Positions 26,071 to 39,921 of a DNA stretch of 64,000 nucleotides are shown here, one piece after another; within the stretch, counting starts at the first letter, position 1; every line of letters begins with the position of its first letter. A program made the translations under genes and the position numbers. The stretch lies in assembly GCF_009914755.1 (NCBI RefSeq), contig NC_060926.1; one strand, written 5' to 3'. The notes below the pieces were generated by a model. It worked only from the letters and a program-made list of their open reading frames with translations, was not told the origin of the DNA and made no database searches. The DNA is from the human T2T-CHM13v2.0 reference genome, Homo sapiens.

Positions 26071-27367
26071 AGTAGTGGAGTATCTAGTGAAGGGAATTTT
26101 GGGGGGAAGGATGGATAAGAAAACAACTATTGATATACAAGCTTGTATTGTGGTTAGAGAGAGCTTGGGCAAATGTATGCAAGATCACAGGCCATCTGAA
26201 ATTTCTTCTCAATTTTCAAAGCTACTGTGACCTGTCAGGGTGGTCTTTGCCGATGCCCAGTGGCTGGGAAGGACAACAAAAGCTCCAAAGATAAAATTTT
26301 CTTGATGGCAAGAAAAAAATAGAGTTAGATCTATGTTATGAGTGTCTGAATACCAGAACCTGACCTAGTTTTATTTATGTTATCAGAAAGGGTTTCTGTG
26401 AATATAAAGACTTTTGTAGAAGAGGCTGTCTTAGAATGAGATGCCCTTAGATGACATTTCAAGTATTAAAATCTCCAGGGCCAAAGTCCTGCACTAGTGG
26501 AAGTGACTAAAATATGAGTTTCAGACTCAAGCAATCCTGCTTCAGATATGAATGACATGCAGAACATGCTGCTTGAATAGCAGCAGCAGATCTCTTTTGT
26601 CTGGGTCTTTAGATGCTCAGCAGGTTTCTGGCTTTGCCAGCAACAGTCATGATGAAAGGGGTGGGATCCAGTCTGTTACAGCTGGTCTGTAGAATTGGTT
26701 ATGATGTTCCCATCCTGAAGACAGTGTGTGGGAGTCACAGTCCAGGGCAGTTGGGAGCAAAAAGGACCATCCCTTTGCACAAGTATAAGCATCCTAGGGG
26801 AATTCCTAGAAATACTGGAGAGGAGGGGTACCCTTCAAGGAGGGGTGCTGGGTTTCCTGTTACTCTGGGCTGGAGATTACTGAGTGATGTACTCTGAGGC
26901 AAATTATTCACAAACCACATTGTGAAACAGCATTTCACCAGATGCATTTTCATGGCAGGATTGTTGAAGGCAGAAAAACTGCCCAAGACTGGGACATCTT
27001 CAGGAAGTTTTGAAAGAAAAAATATGGTACCTGATGGCCAGGAAGTATGACTATCAACATAATTCCCAAGCAGTGAAATGGGTTTCTGATTTGGTAGAAG
27101 TTCTAGAATATTGATCATGACTGACACATCACACACAAGCAAATCTAAGTGAAATTTAACTATGGCCACTGGCTCGTGAGCAGTGAGTAAATAATGCCCA
27201 CTGTCCACCATACAATAGACCTTAATGGAGTTAGAGCAAAGTGGCAAGTAATTAAAACCCACTTCTAACAATTAAGTGTGAATGCCCCACGGGAAGGATA
27301 TGTTCTGGACAGCTGGCCACAAAAGACTGGGGACCTCTTTCACTAAATGACAAGCCAATATACTTAC

Positions 27368-27492
27368 TCTATAATAAAGGTCTTCCTTCCTAGCCATTTC
27401 CATGGAAATACAATCTGAAGATTTCATGTGGTAATCTCTGATTCAAAGATTTCCTTAGTTAAGCAAATTACTAAAGCAAAAACTTTCATGAC
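27368..27492 (-). other. Candidate non-coding exon of a minus-strand transcript
   Basis: Acceptor ctctgtttcctttttccttccag|G and donor AGA|gtaagt 125 nt apart; stop codons in all three frames. Confidence 0.35.
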
Positions 27493-28389
27493 CTGGAAGG
27501 AAAAAGGAAACAGAGCAACCAAGGATTCTGCCTGTATATGGCAGGATTGAGCCTATTCCCTCATGACTGTGGAAATCACCGAGTGTGGACAATCAGTGTT
27601 GTGCTTCACACCTTCACAAGCATGAAGAGTAAGGCTAGTTTGTTTCCCAAGTTGACTAATGTAGATTGCAGCCATCCCAAATACAGAAGGGATTAACTAA
27701 TTGGACTCACTTCCTGCTATTACCAAGCACTGAAACTTGCAATTGACCTTGATGTAAGGTTTAAGGGGTGGAACACCTAGCCTTTGTCTTCCACATATTA
27801 CCTTCTTCTAGTCCCAGCCCTCATCACCAACATGAAGATGTTGTTCACTGAGTGTTGAACACCTCCTTTTGTGGTAAGTACAATGACAAGTACACCCATC
27901 ACATTGAATGCAAAGTGGCCCATTGTGAAAATAGGTCACACATGCTGTTTCAATGTCATGAATACCAAAGCTACCTGGACATTGTTTTTAGAAAATAGTG
28001 TCTATTGTCATTTTGCTTGTGTAAGTCTTTCTTGAAGCCTTGATCATTTTCTGCCCTCACCTCTTCCTCAACATTTAGAGGAAACAGCTTCCAACTACTT
28101 CTCATCTTTTCCTATTTTCTAACACCACCACCCCCAGAGACTTTCTTCTACCCCATAGGATTATTTTATGCCTGACATCTACCCCTACTATCTTGAGGCT
28201 CCATGTCCTGACATAACATGAAGCCTGTACTATCATGTAGGCCCACACTCCCAGGCTCCTCTTCGTGCAGCCACCATGGGAAATTTAGCTTCTTTTTTGA
28301 TCTCTGTTTTCTCATGAAAAATTGACTTTTAACCTTTCTTGGTGATAGGCAAAATGAAAGGCTCAAGCAGAGGTTGGGAAAGGATGTGA

Positions 28390-28837
<448 letters not shown>

Positions 28838-29519
28838 CTGTTATTTAGCAATTATTAGTCTGTAGGTTTTCTCAGCATATTTGTCTTTTTACCATCCTAC
28901 CCTAAATCTTTAGAAACCACATCATATCACAAGAGTACGAGATTTTGCATTTGTCTTGTATAAATGTTTTCAAACTGGTTTTAGCCTTTGAGTTATTTTG
29001 GTTTCAAAACAAGAATTGTGGTTTTCTCTCCTTTGGAAATATCCCTCGCAATCTTACTGTTCCTTTTGACTTTGCTGGATTCCATGGTTGCTAACTTACT
29101 GCATGCTTAGGGTGCAGAATACAAATCATTCCCTTAATGACTCCAGATTTCACGTGGAGAACTCAGACACATGTTTCCCATTTTTCTCCCTTTTATGCTG
29201 CATATTTGTGCTGAATCATTTTATTGCTAATGGGGGAGATGCCAGAATATTTACAGGATCATGGTCATGGGAGTGTGCTGTTATTTGTATATGTCTGGAT
29301 AATACCAACATAATCAATCAAAACGGAAACATTTGGTCAAACAAGCATTTTCAAAATCATTAGTGTAATGCTAATAGCTTTGAGTATTTAACCAAACTTA
29401 CAGTTATTTGGACATGATTCAGAAACAAACTTAGCAGAGTACCTTGTAAACACTTCTATTTCCAAAAATGAAGAAATTTTGTTGGAATTTTGTGTAGATG
29501 CAGCATTGCTCAGGAAAAT

Positions 29520-29830
29520 AGGACTCCATCACCAGCACCACCACTGATATTCTGAAGGAGACATAAGCAAGTTGCTTAACCATGCCATGCCTCAGCTTCC
29601 TCCTTTGCAAAATGAATGTTACTAAATCTTATTTATTTTGGGGGACCTTTGGGAATATAATGAAAACTGTGAACCCTCATGGATAAATACAACATGAAAT
29701 TTGCAGGCGACTTCTAGAAGTTTACAGATGTTCTAAAATCAATTCACACACCTCGTAGGGGGTTGTTAAGAACTCTTACAACTGATGACCTTTGAAGTTT
29801 TGTTAGTTGAACATTTTATGATTCTGTGAA
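29520..29830 (+). mobile_element. MIR/MIR3 interrupted by MER117-like element (~29625-29778)
   Basis: GCAAGTTGCTTAACC..GCCTCAGCTTCCTC..AAAATG (MIR); GACCTTTGGGAAT..ATGAAAACTGTGAACCCTC..GTTAAGAAC (MER117); GATGACCTTTGAAG..ATGATTCTGTG (MIR3 tail). Confidence 0.6.
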
Positions 29831-31459
29831 TTTTCTGCTGTAACCTCAACCATTCCTTTACCATGAACTCCTACAATGCATATCATGTAGAAGTCGTAGA
29901 TGTGCTAAAACATGCTTTGTTGCCGATATAGTAATGCTTCTACATTCTGTGGCTTCTTTTCACGAGGAAAGATTCTCACAGAATTAAGAAACATGAAGAA
30001 TCAGGATCTATTCCAGTCTCACAACCATCCAGGCGTGACTGACAAGCACCACCTTCTGGAGGAAACAGGTAGTAAATGTCAAAGTTGATGATCCTTGACG
30101 CAGCTATGCTTTTCTCAGGTACCCAGGGCCCAACCTCTGCCTGACTTCAGCATCAGTCTTACCCCACATTTCTCCAGCAATCTCTTTTTCCTTACTCTAA
30201 CCAATGATGAAGCTACCTTTTGCCTGGGGAGCCTACAGGATGGTTTGAGTCTAAAAATTAATTCTATCAATTGAAAGAATTCTACCTTTCATTAGAAATC
30301 TCATAGTAACAAAATTCAGATCATTTGGAAATACTAGGCTAGAGATCATATTAGAGGCCATATGTCAAGGGACTTTCATATGACTTGTCATTAAAATGTG
30401 GTGAAGTAGTTTAAAGTACTTAGTGGAAATACAGAAGGTACTACGAAAATAACAAATGATCTTGGATGTAACAATGATGAATTAATTAAAATAATGCTCC
30501 ACTCTAGTCCTATGCATAATAAAGCATCAAAAGAGTGATTGATTCAAAAGATTTATTTTAAACATGCAAAATAGTTTTGGATAAATAGTTATTCTTGTTT
30601 TTTCATATGCATGGTAACTTTTTATACATACTTTGGATTAATTGTAAGATACAAATTTATTAAATAACAGAATTGCCAGAAATTGTTTGTGGATATCCTC
30701 ATTATGACTCAAAACACTTAATTTTCTGTTACAATTTTTATAGAAGGCTTTTTTGGCTCAAAAATTTTTCTCTGGTTCACTGGGATCAGATCAATGTTTA
30801 GATGAAACCATTTGCCCCATGGGAATTCCTAGGAGTGGCAAGTTCTATAAGGGTTTTCTCCACTGTCAGATTGAAAGACCCCATCCCATTTATATCTTTT
30901 TTTTAAATCTAAGAGGCAGGAATGACTATGTTTCCTGAGAAATGATCCTTTTCTTTAAAATAAAACAAATTATTTAAATCCCATTCACAAAGTATCTTAG
31001 AAAACTTTTGAGAATTGAGTCAGATAATGAAATGTTCCTTGAGGCCAATCATATCCCAGAACAACATTGGTTTTCTAGGGAGATAAATTGAGTACAATGA
31101 AGTTTACCGTGAAGGAATTGCAAAAATGAAAGCTTAGAAATATAGACTCTAGACATATTGATATAGTTTTCCTGGAATTTAATGAAAAAGTAGGCATTGA
31201 TTGTTTACTCCTAGGCAAAATTTCTCTGACCTACCTAAAAATCCTCAGTCTGTGAGTGTTTTGGTCTTCCCAAGAGGCTATTTCATCATTTTGTGGAGTT
31301 ATATTTATTTTTTGAACTTACTTTCCAGATGGACATATGTATGGTTTCATTAAAGCCAAATGTGGTTTATGAAATACGAGAATAATAGCTAATCATGCCA
31401 GTGAGAGCACCTGAGTGAGGCAGACTAAGGGCATTTTCAGGAAAATCAATAATAAAGTT

Positions 31460-31670
31460 AAAGTGGCTACCATTTGGGGGGTACCTAGTATTTTCCAAGC
31501 ACTTTTTATATAGGGATGTATCTTAACTGCAATCTTGCATAATAAATATAGTTCCTATTTTATAAATGGAGAGATGAGGCCCTGAGAGCTCTTATATGGT
31601 AGAACCAGGATTTGGATCCAAGTTTGTCTGGTCTGGAGTCCATGTACTTTCTATTCTGCACTACTGCTTC
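31460..31670 (-). mobile_element. MIR
   Basis: GGCTACCATTTG..CCTATTTTATAAATG..TGAGGC..GGTAGAACCAGGATTTGGATCCAAGTTTGTCTG. Confidence 0.7.
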
Positions 31671-34020
31671 TGAAGGTAAGTGTTCAAACTTGACAAACTT
31701 GGGGGCTTGCTAAATTGCACATGTTCTCTATAACTGATAACTGGAAAATGAATAATTATGAAAATTCCGCATAGTCCATCCATGCACAAAATTTTGTCTT
31801 TAAATAATATGCCTTGTTGGTAGATACTTTTTAATTGGTACTATTCATCAAGCACCTCAGATGTTTGTTTGTTCAGCTGCAAAATCATCAACACAAACAT
31901 ACACAGAGGTTGAGCCTACCTTCCTTTAGGAGCACATTTGGGACAACATGTTTGAAAAGCATGGCAATATCAAGAAGAGAATTATTAGGGCAGCTATGCT
32001 GCCAGGGTCTTATGCATAGACAATGAAAAGAACAAGGCAGAGACTGATAAATCAATCCAAGACAAAGCATTGGTGCAAGACAATGAAAGCGATGATACAG
32101 ATACTTCAAACTATTTTCAAAGAAAGGGGAAAAAGCCTCCCATGTATTGGGGAAGTAAACCCAGCAGAAAGAAATCTCTCCCACCCTCCTGCCCTCATGC
32201 TGTTGGGAGGTGTTGATAATGACCTCGAGGAAAATCTTGGAGGTTGTACTGTTTTAAAATAGGCACTTGGCCAAAGAGAAGGAAGTCTGCAGCATGCCAA
32301 CATCCAGTCTAGTACAGGGTGCTCCTGATAAGGAACAGATGTAAACACAGACAACTGTTCAAATTTGCCAGGAGAACTGATCATCCTTTAGCCAGTAATC
32401 AAAGTCTAGAAAGTAACCAGAAATGCTTTCCTATAAACAAAGAGAATTGGAAAAGGAACGGGAAACTAACATCCAGGTTTTGAAATTGCCGAAAAAGGTG
32501 AGGATGTGCTACATGTTCAGACAGAACAAAGACACGCATGTCAAAGATGCAATGTGGTGAATGTTGCAGAGAGGGTCCAGGTGCAGTGCCCTCTCTGTGA
32601 CGGGACTTGGGGCTGGGACCTAACAGCCCTGCAGGGAAGGGCATGGGAAATTAATGGGCGTTGATGCTGGAATTGTTCACATACCTCATCACACACAATG
32701 GAGAAGTTTTACTGAAATGCATCCCTGGGAATGGCCTGTAAAACCTCAGCGTGTCTGTTTCCAAGTTAAGAACACAGGAAGTTCAGAAACTAGAAAACAA
32801 AATGCATTTTGTTGGGATACTTCATGTTGCAATCTTGAACATTTGGGTTTCCAAGATCAAGGCTCAAAGGCTGCCTTTTTCCTCTTAGGTATTTTGCTTT
32901 AGTTCTGTCTACAAGTTGGAATTGCCAGGATTCCAACAGAGCCTGGGTTAACTGAGAAAAAGATTAACAGCCTTTTTACTCATCATTTAAAACTCAAAAG
33001 AAGAATTATTTAATAAAGTTAAACAGCAGCACTAAAGAGCACTTTAAAAAGATGCTATAAAAATATAACCCTAGTAAAACTGGGCCTCTCTGTGACCTAC
33101 CTCAGCAAGAGTCCTACATAAAAGAAACACCTACCTGACCTCCAAAAAGGTATTGAAAAGCAATTTAAACCATAGTGACGTCTATAGAGAGGCAGCAAAG
33201 AGGTCTGCCATTCACAACACATAGCAAAACCTCCTAAAAACTGTTTTCCCCTTTCTCTCTCAAGAGTTCATATAGCAGAATCACTCTCCTAAGTATGGCT
33301 CCGCACACATTTAAACTTGGTCTCCCCCAGTTGAGCCTATGTTGACTTTCCTCTCTCTCCTTTCTACCCCATCCTCTCTCACACATTTGCACTCAGGAGC
33401 AAGAAAAGCAATTATTCTGTATAACAAAATGATACATGCCTTTTAATGGAAATTAGCTTAGCCCTTCACCAGTCAGCTCTGTATTTGTCTTTCATGTCAG
33501 ATTAGAAAAGCAAACACTGAAGAACCAACATGATCTCTTCCTTCACTGGAAGGACGAGGTATGGATATGCATTCTTTAGTGTTTTTGTTGGTCCTTGTCA
33601 TATTAAAAAAGGCTTAAAAGGACCCAAATCATATACAAGTCTTAATACTTTCATTCCTGTAATCTTTAAATCACCAGTTATTACCTAATACACATCCTTC
33701 GTTCTTGTTGACCCTGAATCTTTGGGTCAAACCTTGAGAAAGACAGCTGTACTTGAACAACATAGATTCAACTCTCTGGCTTTTCTTATGATATAAAATT
33801 GTTATATGCACTTCCCAAAAGCTCTCTCACATTTTGGGAACTCTATATATATTAAAAGATAATGGGAGACTTCTAAACAGAGCCCAGATAGTCTGGTTTT
33901 CAACTCAATGCTGGTTCTATTTAGAGCTAGCTGAGAAGAAACGGCAGTGACATAAAGGGAAGAAGGAGGGGTAATAAATCAGTGACCTCTGAAGGAGTGG
34001 CCTGAGCAAAAAAGGTAAGT

Positions 34021-34225
34021 GTGTCAGTCCCAGACGTGCTTGTCTCACACCCATTTCTAGCCCTTCCCTCCTCCTCTCTGTGTCCTTGGGAGGCTTATTC
34101 CACACACTGTATTTCCGAGGCTTTCTCACCTGCTGGTTCGTGGCCAGTAGGAGCCATCAGTAGAAGCCTGGAGAACAGAAAGAAGAGAGAAACCAGAGTA
34201 TATCTCCTACTACTACTTATTTCAT
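34021..34225 (+). mobile_element. LTR33-related ERVL LTR 5' fragment
   Basis: CCCATTTCTAGCCCTTCCCT..CTCTGTGTCCTTGGGAGGCT..CTGTATTTCC..GGCCAGTAGGAG..AGAAACCAGAGTAT. Confidence 0.55.
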
Positions 34226-34234
34226 CCAAGCAGC

Positions 34235-34478
34235 AAGTTATTTGGTGGCTGACCTTGACCGGAACTAATAAGAGGCCATTTCTTATCTTTATTGATCTCA
34301 CTTTGGGTGACTATGTGCATATGTTGCTGAATTTTGTTAGGTGGTGCTGACCCTAAAATACTGGGGGCCGTGGCATACTCTATGATAGATGTACTATATT
34401 TCCTTTCTAAAATCTGAAAAATTGTGAGTTATGAGACTTATCTACCCCAAGAAGTTTCACATGAGGGACTACAGATGT
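34235..34478 (-). mobile_element. MER46C-like element (copy 2, one end truncated)
   Basis: TTATTTGGTGGC..TGACCGGAACT..GAGGCCATTT..GGTGCTG..CTGGGGG..CCTTTCTAAAATCTGAAAAATT..ATCTACCCCAAG; colinear with 4791-5095. Confidence 0.7.
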
Positions 34479-36229
34479 ATAACTTACAAATTCCATATGA
34501 TTTTTAATTCATAAAAAATTAGACATGTAATTGGACATTAAATTTGACTTTTCCTGTTGCCTTGGATTTTCAACAACAACAAAAACTGCAGTAGTTTCTC
34601 CCACAGCTTAAAGAAGATGCTCTACCACCTAAGTGGGACACACTTGGAGATTATGTTGGCTATTCTGCCAAAGATAGCTCATCCTCCACCTCCAGACTAC
34701 AGAAGATGTGGCCAAGAACTCATCCTGGGGATAGACTGATGATTAGATTTCTTTAGAGAGAGAGTTGTTGCTGTGTTGGTCACCCATCCCTCTCCACTCG
34801 TGAAGCATCTAAGGAGTCCTCCCCTCAATCCAAAGGAGGGATGGCTCCAGGAAGAACCCTGAGGGAAGGACCTATGAACACCTAGAAGATGCAAGGACAG
34901 GAATCTGGCTCATCCCTGAAAGAAGGTCAATGCATGAGGCTGTATATGAAGTTTCTGTTGCTTGGTGGCAGAGAGAAGGGACAGGTCTGATTTGGGACAA
35001 GCCTGCACTTCCACAGTTTAGAAAGGCAAAGGGAAAATTTTCATTTGGTCCAGATCCAGCCCATAAAAGGGGTGCCTTTGAGAGGGATTCTGCAGAGGTG
35101 AGGAGACCTAAGGCTAGATTGCTCAAAGCTTGAGGGGTCTCAGCAGGTGGGAAAAGTTATAAAAATGCCCAGGTGAGACTCATCATTGGATATGATTACA
35201 TCCAGAAGTCTCCAGTGAAAGGTTATAGCATTCTCAGTCACAAAAGACCCTTTCATATCCTATGCATTACAACTGAGATAAACTCTGGGTATGTGGTAGG
35301 GTTATCAGAAGAGAGGATTGAATACACCTCTCTTTTGCACTGTAAGTTTCCTAGCTTGAAGGAGGCTTAACCAAGGGAGAACTTTAAAATTGAATGACAG
35401 TGTAAATTTTTAATGAATGATATTTCTCTGGAACTGGCATTCTGATGCTGGGAAGAAGACAACTTGTTTCAAGGCAGACATGCAAATAAGCAACAAGAAG
35501 CAACAGCTCATAGGCTCCCTGTAGGCAGTGTATGTGGGATTGCCTGCGGTTCTGGGCAGGGGAGGACTGTGAGCCATGACTAGGCCGAGTGGGAAGATGT
35601 GCCATGACCACAGGGACTTGGGAGCTGAGAGCAGAGGCACGTAAGCCAGGTACCTGTCATCTGTGGGTTAGGGAAATGGTGATAGTAGACCTGGTATTCT
35701 CTCCACACCATGAGAGCCCTTAGGAGTGAGTCTGAGATAGGGCCAAACACACAGTAGGCACTCGGTAAATTTTTGTTGAATGAGGATAATGTAAGTTGTG
35801 GGGCAAATCTACTTTCCTCATGTTCTAGAGGATTCTTTGCACATTTGAATGTGAGCTTCTGCTAAAGAAAAAAAGGCTTTGATCCCTTACTTGGCTGTAA
35901 GAATAACTACTGCCACCAATAGTATGACATGCCTGAAGGTCAAGCAGACCCCCATCAGTAGAGACCTACAACTCTCTTGAGGAGCTGTCATTGAAGGATG
36001 ACTACTAACTTTCCAGCTACAATTTACCTATAAGGCTGGTGCTGCAATTTATCAATAAGACTGGCTTATTATTTAGACAGCGTCTCTAAGAGGATGCAAT
36101 CAGGATAGAAATAAGATGGAGTAGTTGAGGCACCTAAAGACCTTAAACCCTCTTCTTTTATAACCTCCATCTTTTGGAAGCTCAGAAGTCTCTCTTGAGA
36201 TTTTTCTCTAATTTATGCACTGACAGACC

Positions 36230-36650
36230 AGTCTCCTCTGCAATGCTGGAATTACTTAAAGGGATAATTTCCCTCCCTTTAATCCATCCCCTACCCAGTC
36301 ATCACATTTGTCTTCCTAAAATACTGCATTATCTGTATTTATTCTTGCTTAAGAAATATTCAGTAGCTGCTTACTGCTTACCAAATAGAATCCAAATTCT
36401 TCGGTCAATTATTCAAAGCACAACATTGATTTAAGCAAAGATTTTGAGTGGAGTCATTTCACAGAGAATGACACTCCAGCCACCATGAATGATCACCCTT
36501 TGAATGCTGATAGAATTGATGGATCCATGGTTTCCACCTGCAGTCTCTCCCTGTTCCAATATACCCACCAAAATGTCACCAGATTTACTTTGTCACAGAA
36601 ACATTACTAGCTACTCATTACCTACCAAAAAAATCCCTAACGTCTTAAGT
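36230..36650 (+). mobile_element. LINE-2 fragments
   Basis: TTTAATCCATCC..TCTTCCTAAAA..CTGCTTACTGCTTAC..ATAGAATCCAAATTCTT. Confidence 0.55.
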
Positions 36651-36822
36651 CAATGGCTGTTAACCGTGAGTGTATGTTGCAATTAACTGGTGGGTTTTGT
36701 GAACATGCCAACAATGCTCGAGTCATCTGAATTAGAAGTGATAACCAGTGAGGCCCAGGGGTCGGCATTCTTTTCAAAGCTCCCTAAGTGAGTCTAATGC
36801 ATAACCAGAATCAAGAGCCACC
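36651..36822. mobile_element. MER5B-like MITE
   Basis: CAATGGCTGTTAACC..CTGAATTAGAA..GAGGCCCAGG..AAAGCTCCCTAAGTGAGTCTAATGCA..AAGAGCCAC. Confidence 0.7.
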
Positions 36823-38334
36823 ATCTTGGATGATCTTTCAGGAGCTCTGAATAGGAAATGGCAAGGACAGAGGCGTGAGAGGTAGGATAAAAAGGAGAGA
36901 AATGAGGTAATTGAGATGTTGCTTGCAGATGCCCTGGGGATGAGAAAGCTAGTTTTTCATCTCTGAGTGCAAATGAAAAATGAGCTCTGCAACCAGCCCT
37001 TGCCAGTGACAGTTCCTGAGCCACTCTTCAGTCTTTTATATCTGGTTCTGGCAGAAGTGTAGCAGTGCAGCCTTTTGCAGGTTCCCAGTGGTGCTTTGGT
37101 AGACCGCTGTCCCCATTCTGTGCCTATATGTCCCAACCCTGCCCCTTCCTAAGGGACAGGACTCTGAGAGGCACAATTGCAAAAGTAAGGCTTTATTGGC
37201 TGATAATTTTTCCCACTGCATAAAAATGAATAGGGAGACAGAGTTTTGTCTGTTACAGCTACTTATAGGGTACTTATAGTTCTTTTCTTCCTGGAGTAGA
37301 ATTAGGTGCAATTTATGTCACATAGCCTACCTGCCAGGATTTCTGTCCCAAAGTGAAACAGAGAATCTTGAGGGACATAAATGATAGTACTATGAGTGAA
37401 CAGAGATAGCTGTGCCCCCTAACTCCTATTAGGAGGTATTAATGTCTAGGTTTTGCTATGAGACCTAGGGTGGGCTTTATCGAAGCACTTTATGACTGTG
37501 CTTTCGAAAATGTTTCCCTCTAGTCATCATTATGAGGTAATGTATTAGGTAATGTCTTGAAAAATAGCCAGAGGGCTGAAGTGTCAGCTTTACAGCTCAC
37601 ATACCTGAAAATAACAATTTTGGTTATTATTTTTACACTACAATATATTTGGAATGCCTCATAAATAGAAATTAATCGTGACAACTCTGTCTCTGGACTT
37701 AAACACAACCTTGCCAACAAAAAATGCTCGGAGAAGCCTAAGCCATGAACTTAATACTTTAGGGAAGAATTTCTCTCTTTTATCCCATCTAGGGAACATT
37801 CCCAGCATCTTTTGTCTCAGCCATAAGAGCCAACATCCGTTACCCAAGGTTCACTAAAATCCACAGATAATCTCCAATCAACATGTTTAAAGAGTTACAA
37901 CCTCTGTTTCCGTCTTATCTTCTACCAGAAACTCCAATAACCGCAGAGAAAAGACTTAATATATTCAGCTCTAAAGACAAAAAGGCTGGCTTGAAAAGTG
38001 AGAGTGCTAGCAAAGAAATGACCAAATCATTTTGAAACCCCATATATATGTATATAACTCATCTCATTTTTTTTTCATTTGTTTAGCCCTGTAGGTGTGA
38101 TTCAGTGCTGTTTTTGTTTTCTTTTGTTTTGTTTTTAGAATTTAATACCTTATAAATAAATGAAAAGAAAGACAACTTAGTGTCAGTGAAGTCTGGGCCA
38201 AAAAAAAAGCATTGATTTGTGAGGGTCCTATGCAGAAATCACTCCAGCAAGTATGACCTTCACATGCAAAGTTTGGTCACTACTCTGGAGTAATACTTTT
38301 CAGATTATTGAAAGAAAACCATATTAATGAATTA

Positions 38335-38650
38335 AATATGAACTAAGCATACACTATGTACAAAACAATATTCTATCTGTCGGCAAAATGCAAAGTAGTA
38401 TCTCTACAGTCCTAGCTTCTAGGAGATTTATATATAATTGAAGAGATATATACACTGTCCTATACAATTACCTTGGACTCTCAATAAAACTGATAATTTT
38501 CTCATACTGCACTAATCAAATTATTCATTTCCATGAATGTCCTTCTGCTAGAGATTAGGGACTAGGTTATACTTGCTTTGTTGTTGTTATCTCCAGTGCC
38601 TCATAGATATTCACATGAGGTAATTAATATATGTTTGCTGAATAAATGAC
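38335..38650. mobile_element. Two LINE-2 3' fragments in opposite orientations
   Basis: ACTAAGCATACACTATGT..AGGAGATTTATA (minus); AGGGACT..ATCTCCAGTGCCT..ATGTTTGCTGAATAAATGA (plus). Confidence 0.55.
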
Positions 38651-39921
38651 CACTTATAGAGAATGTGTACACTAATATATGTACATGCAAATACACATAT
38701 ATGCAATAAACACTTATCCACACTTAAAATTATATATATATATTCACTTACATGAAATTTGATGTATATTTGTGTGTAAGATTAGAAGAAAGGAAATAAC
38801 AAATGAGGAAATAACAAATGTATTACAATATTTCCATCATGCTGGTGTTATGAAAATGGAGCTATGCCTAAATTGTCCTTTAATATCATAGTATAAGTGG
38901 TGGCCTACAAGATATATGAGTAGGAACTGGTTTGGCCTTTATTTTAACTGAATCTCGGGCATAACAATGCCCTTTAGCACATTTTTCCGGACACATTCTC
39001 CAAGAGTTTTCCAATAAAGCAGATTTCGGCATTGCTGCTTCTTAGTGAGGTCCTGAAAAAACTGCAATGAAAAGGAAGATAACTTCCTTCCAAATATGCA
39101 TCTCTGTATTATATGGAAATAAACAATAAAACATGTGATATGATATTTTTATTACCTGAATTATGTATTTTGAGGTCCAAAGACTGAAAAAGATGTTCCA
39201 TTTTTTTTCTTCCAACTTGCTTGGAGGCAAATGTCCTTTAAAATTTGCACATCATGAGAATGGAATGTGCTCAGAGATCAGCTGAAAGTTTTTTTTAAAA
39301 AGTGAGGGCTTTGCAGCTGTGGCTGTGTGCTTAGGCTCGGCAGGAGAGGACAGGTCCCCTTCTGGTCATCCTACGAGGAGTTTTGACAAGCTCACCAGGA
39401 AATACAGACAATGCTGTCTGTCCTGACAAAGCCCCATGTGGGCTCTAAGCCAAACAAATGCAGGTGTATTATAATAATAATATCTTTTCTAGTACAATAT
39501 AATCTGTTTCCCACTAAAATCTTTTGAACTAGACAGAAAAGATAATTATCCCCAGGTTATAGACAAGAAAGCCAAACGTTAGTGAGGTTTAGTGGCTTGG
39601 AAGTTTCTACAGTAGAAAGAGGTTCAATTGGAAGTAGGACCTAGTATCAGATTCCCTATAGATGTCAAAGGATATAAATGTTTGCAGTCTTATTATTTCC
39701 TGGCTTTTTGACCCTCTGCAAGTTTCTCAAGCTCTGAGTTTGACCAGCTTCTTCAATAACATAGAATAAAAGTCTCTCACATGGTTACTCTAAGGGTGAA
39801 ATAACATATGAAAATAGTTTTATCAACAGCAAAGTAGTATTCAGAGTTCATGTCTCCTTAATCTTTTATTCCTCTCCAAACAGAAACTATAGTTTCCCAG
39901 AAGCATACACTTACAACAACA

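Noticed and set aside
31930-32262. Plus-strand acceptor followed by a long near-open frame (EHIWDNMFEK...)
   Set aside because: In-frame stop, no recognisable protein similarity, and opposite to the inferred host strand
33872-33925. Imperfect inverted repeat TCTAAACAGAGCCCAG / CTGGTTCTATTTAGA
   Set aside because: Several mismatches; compatible with chance
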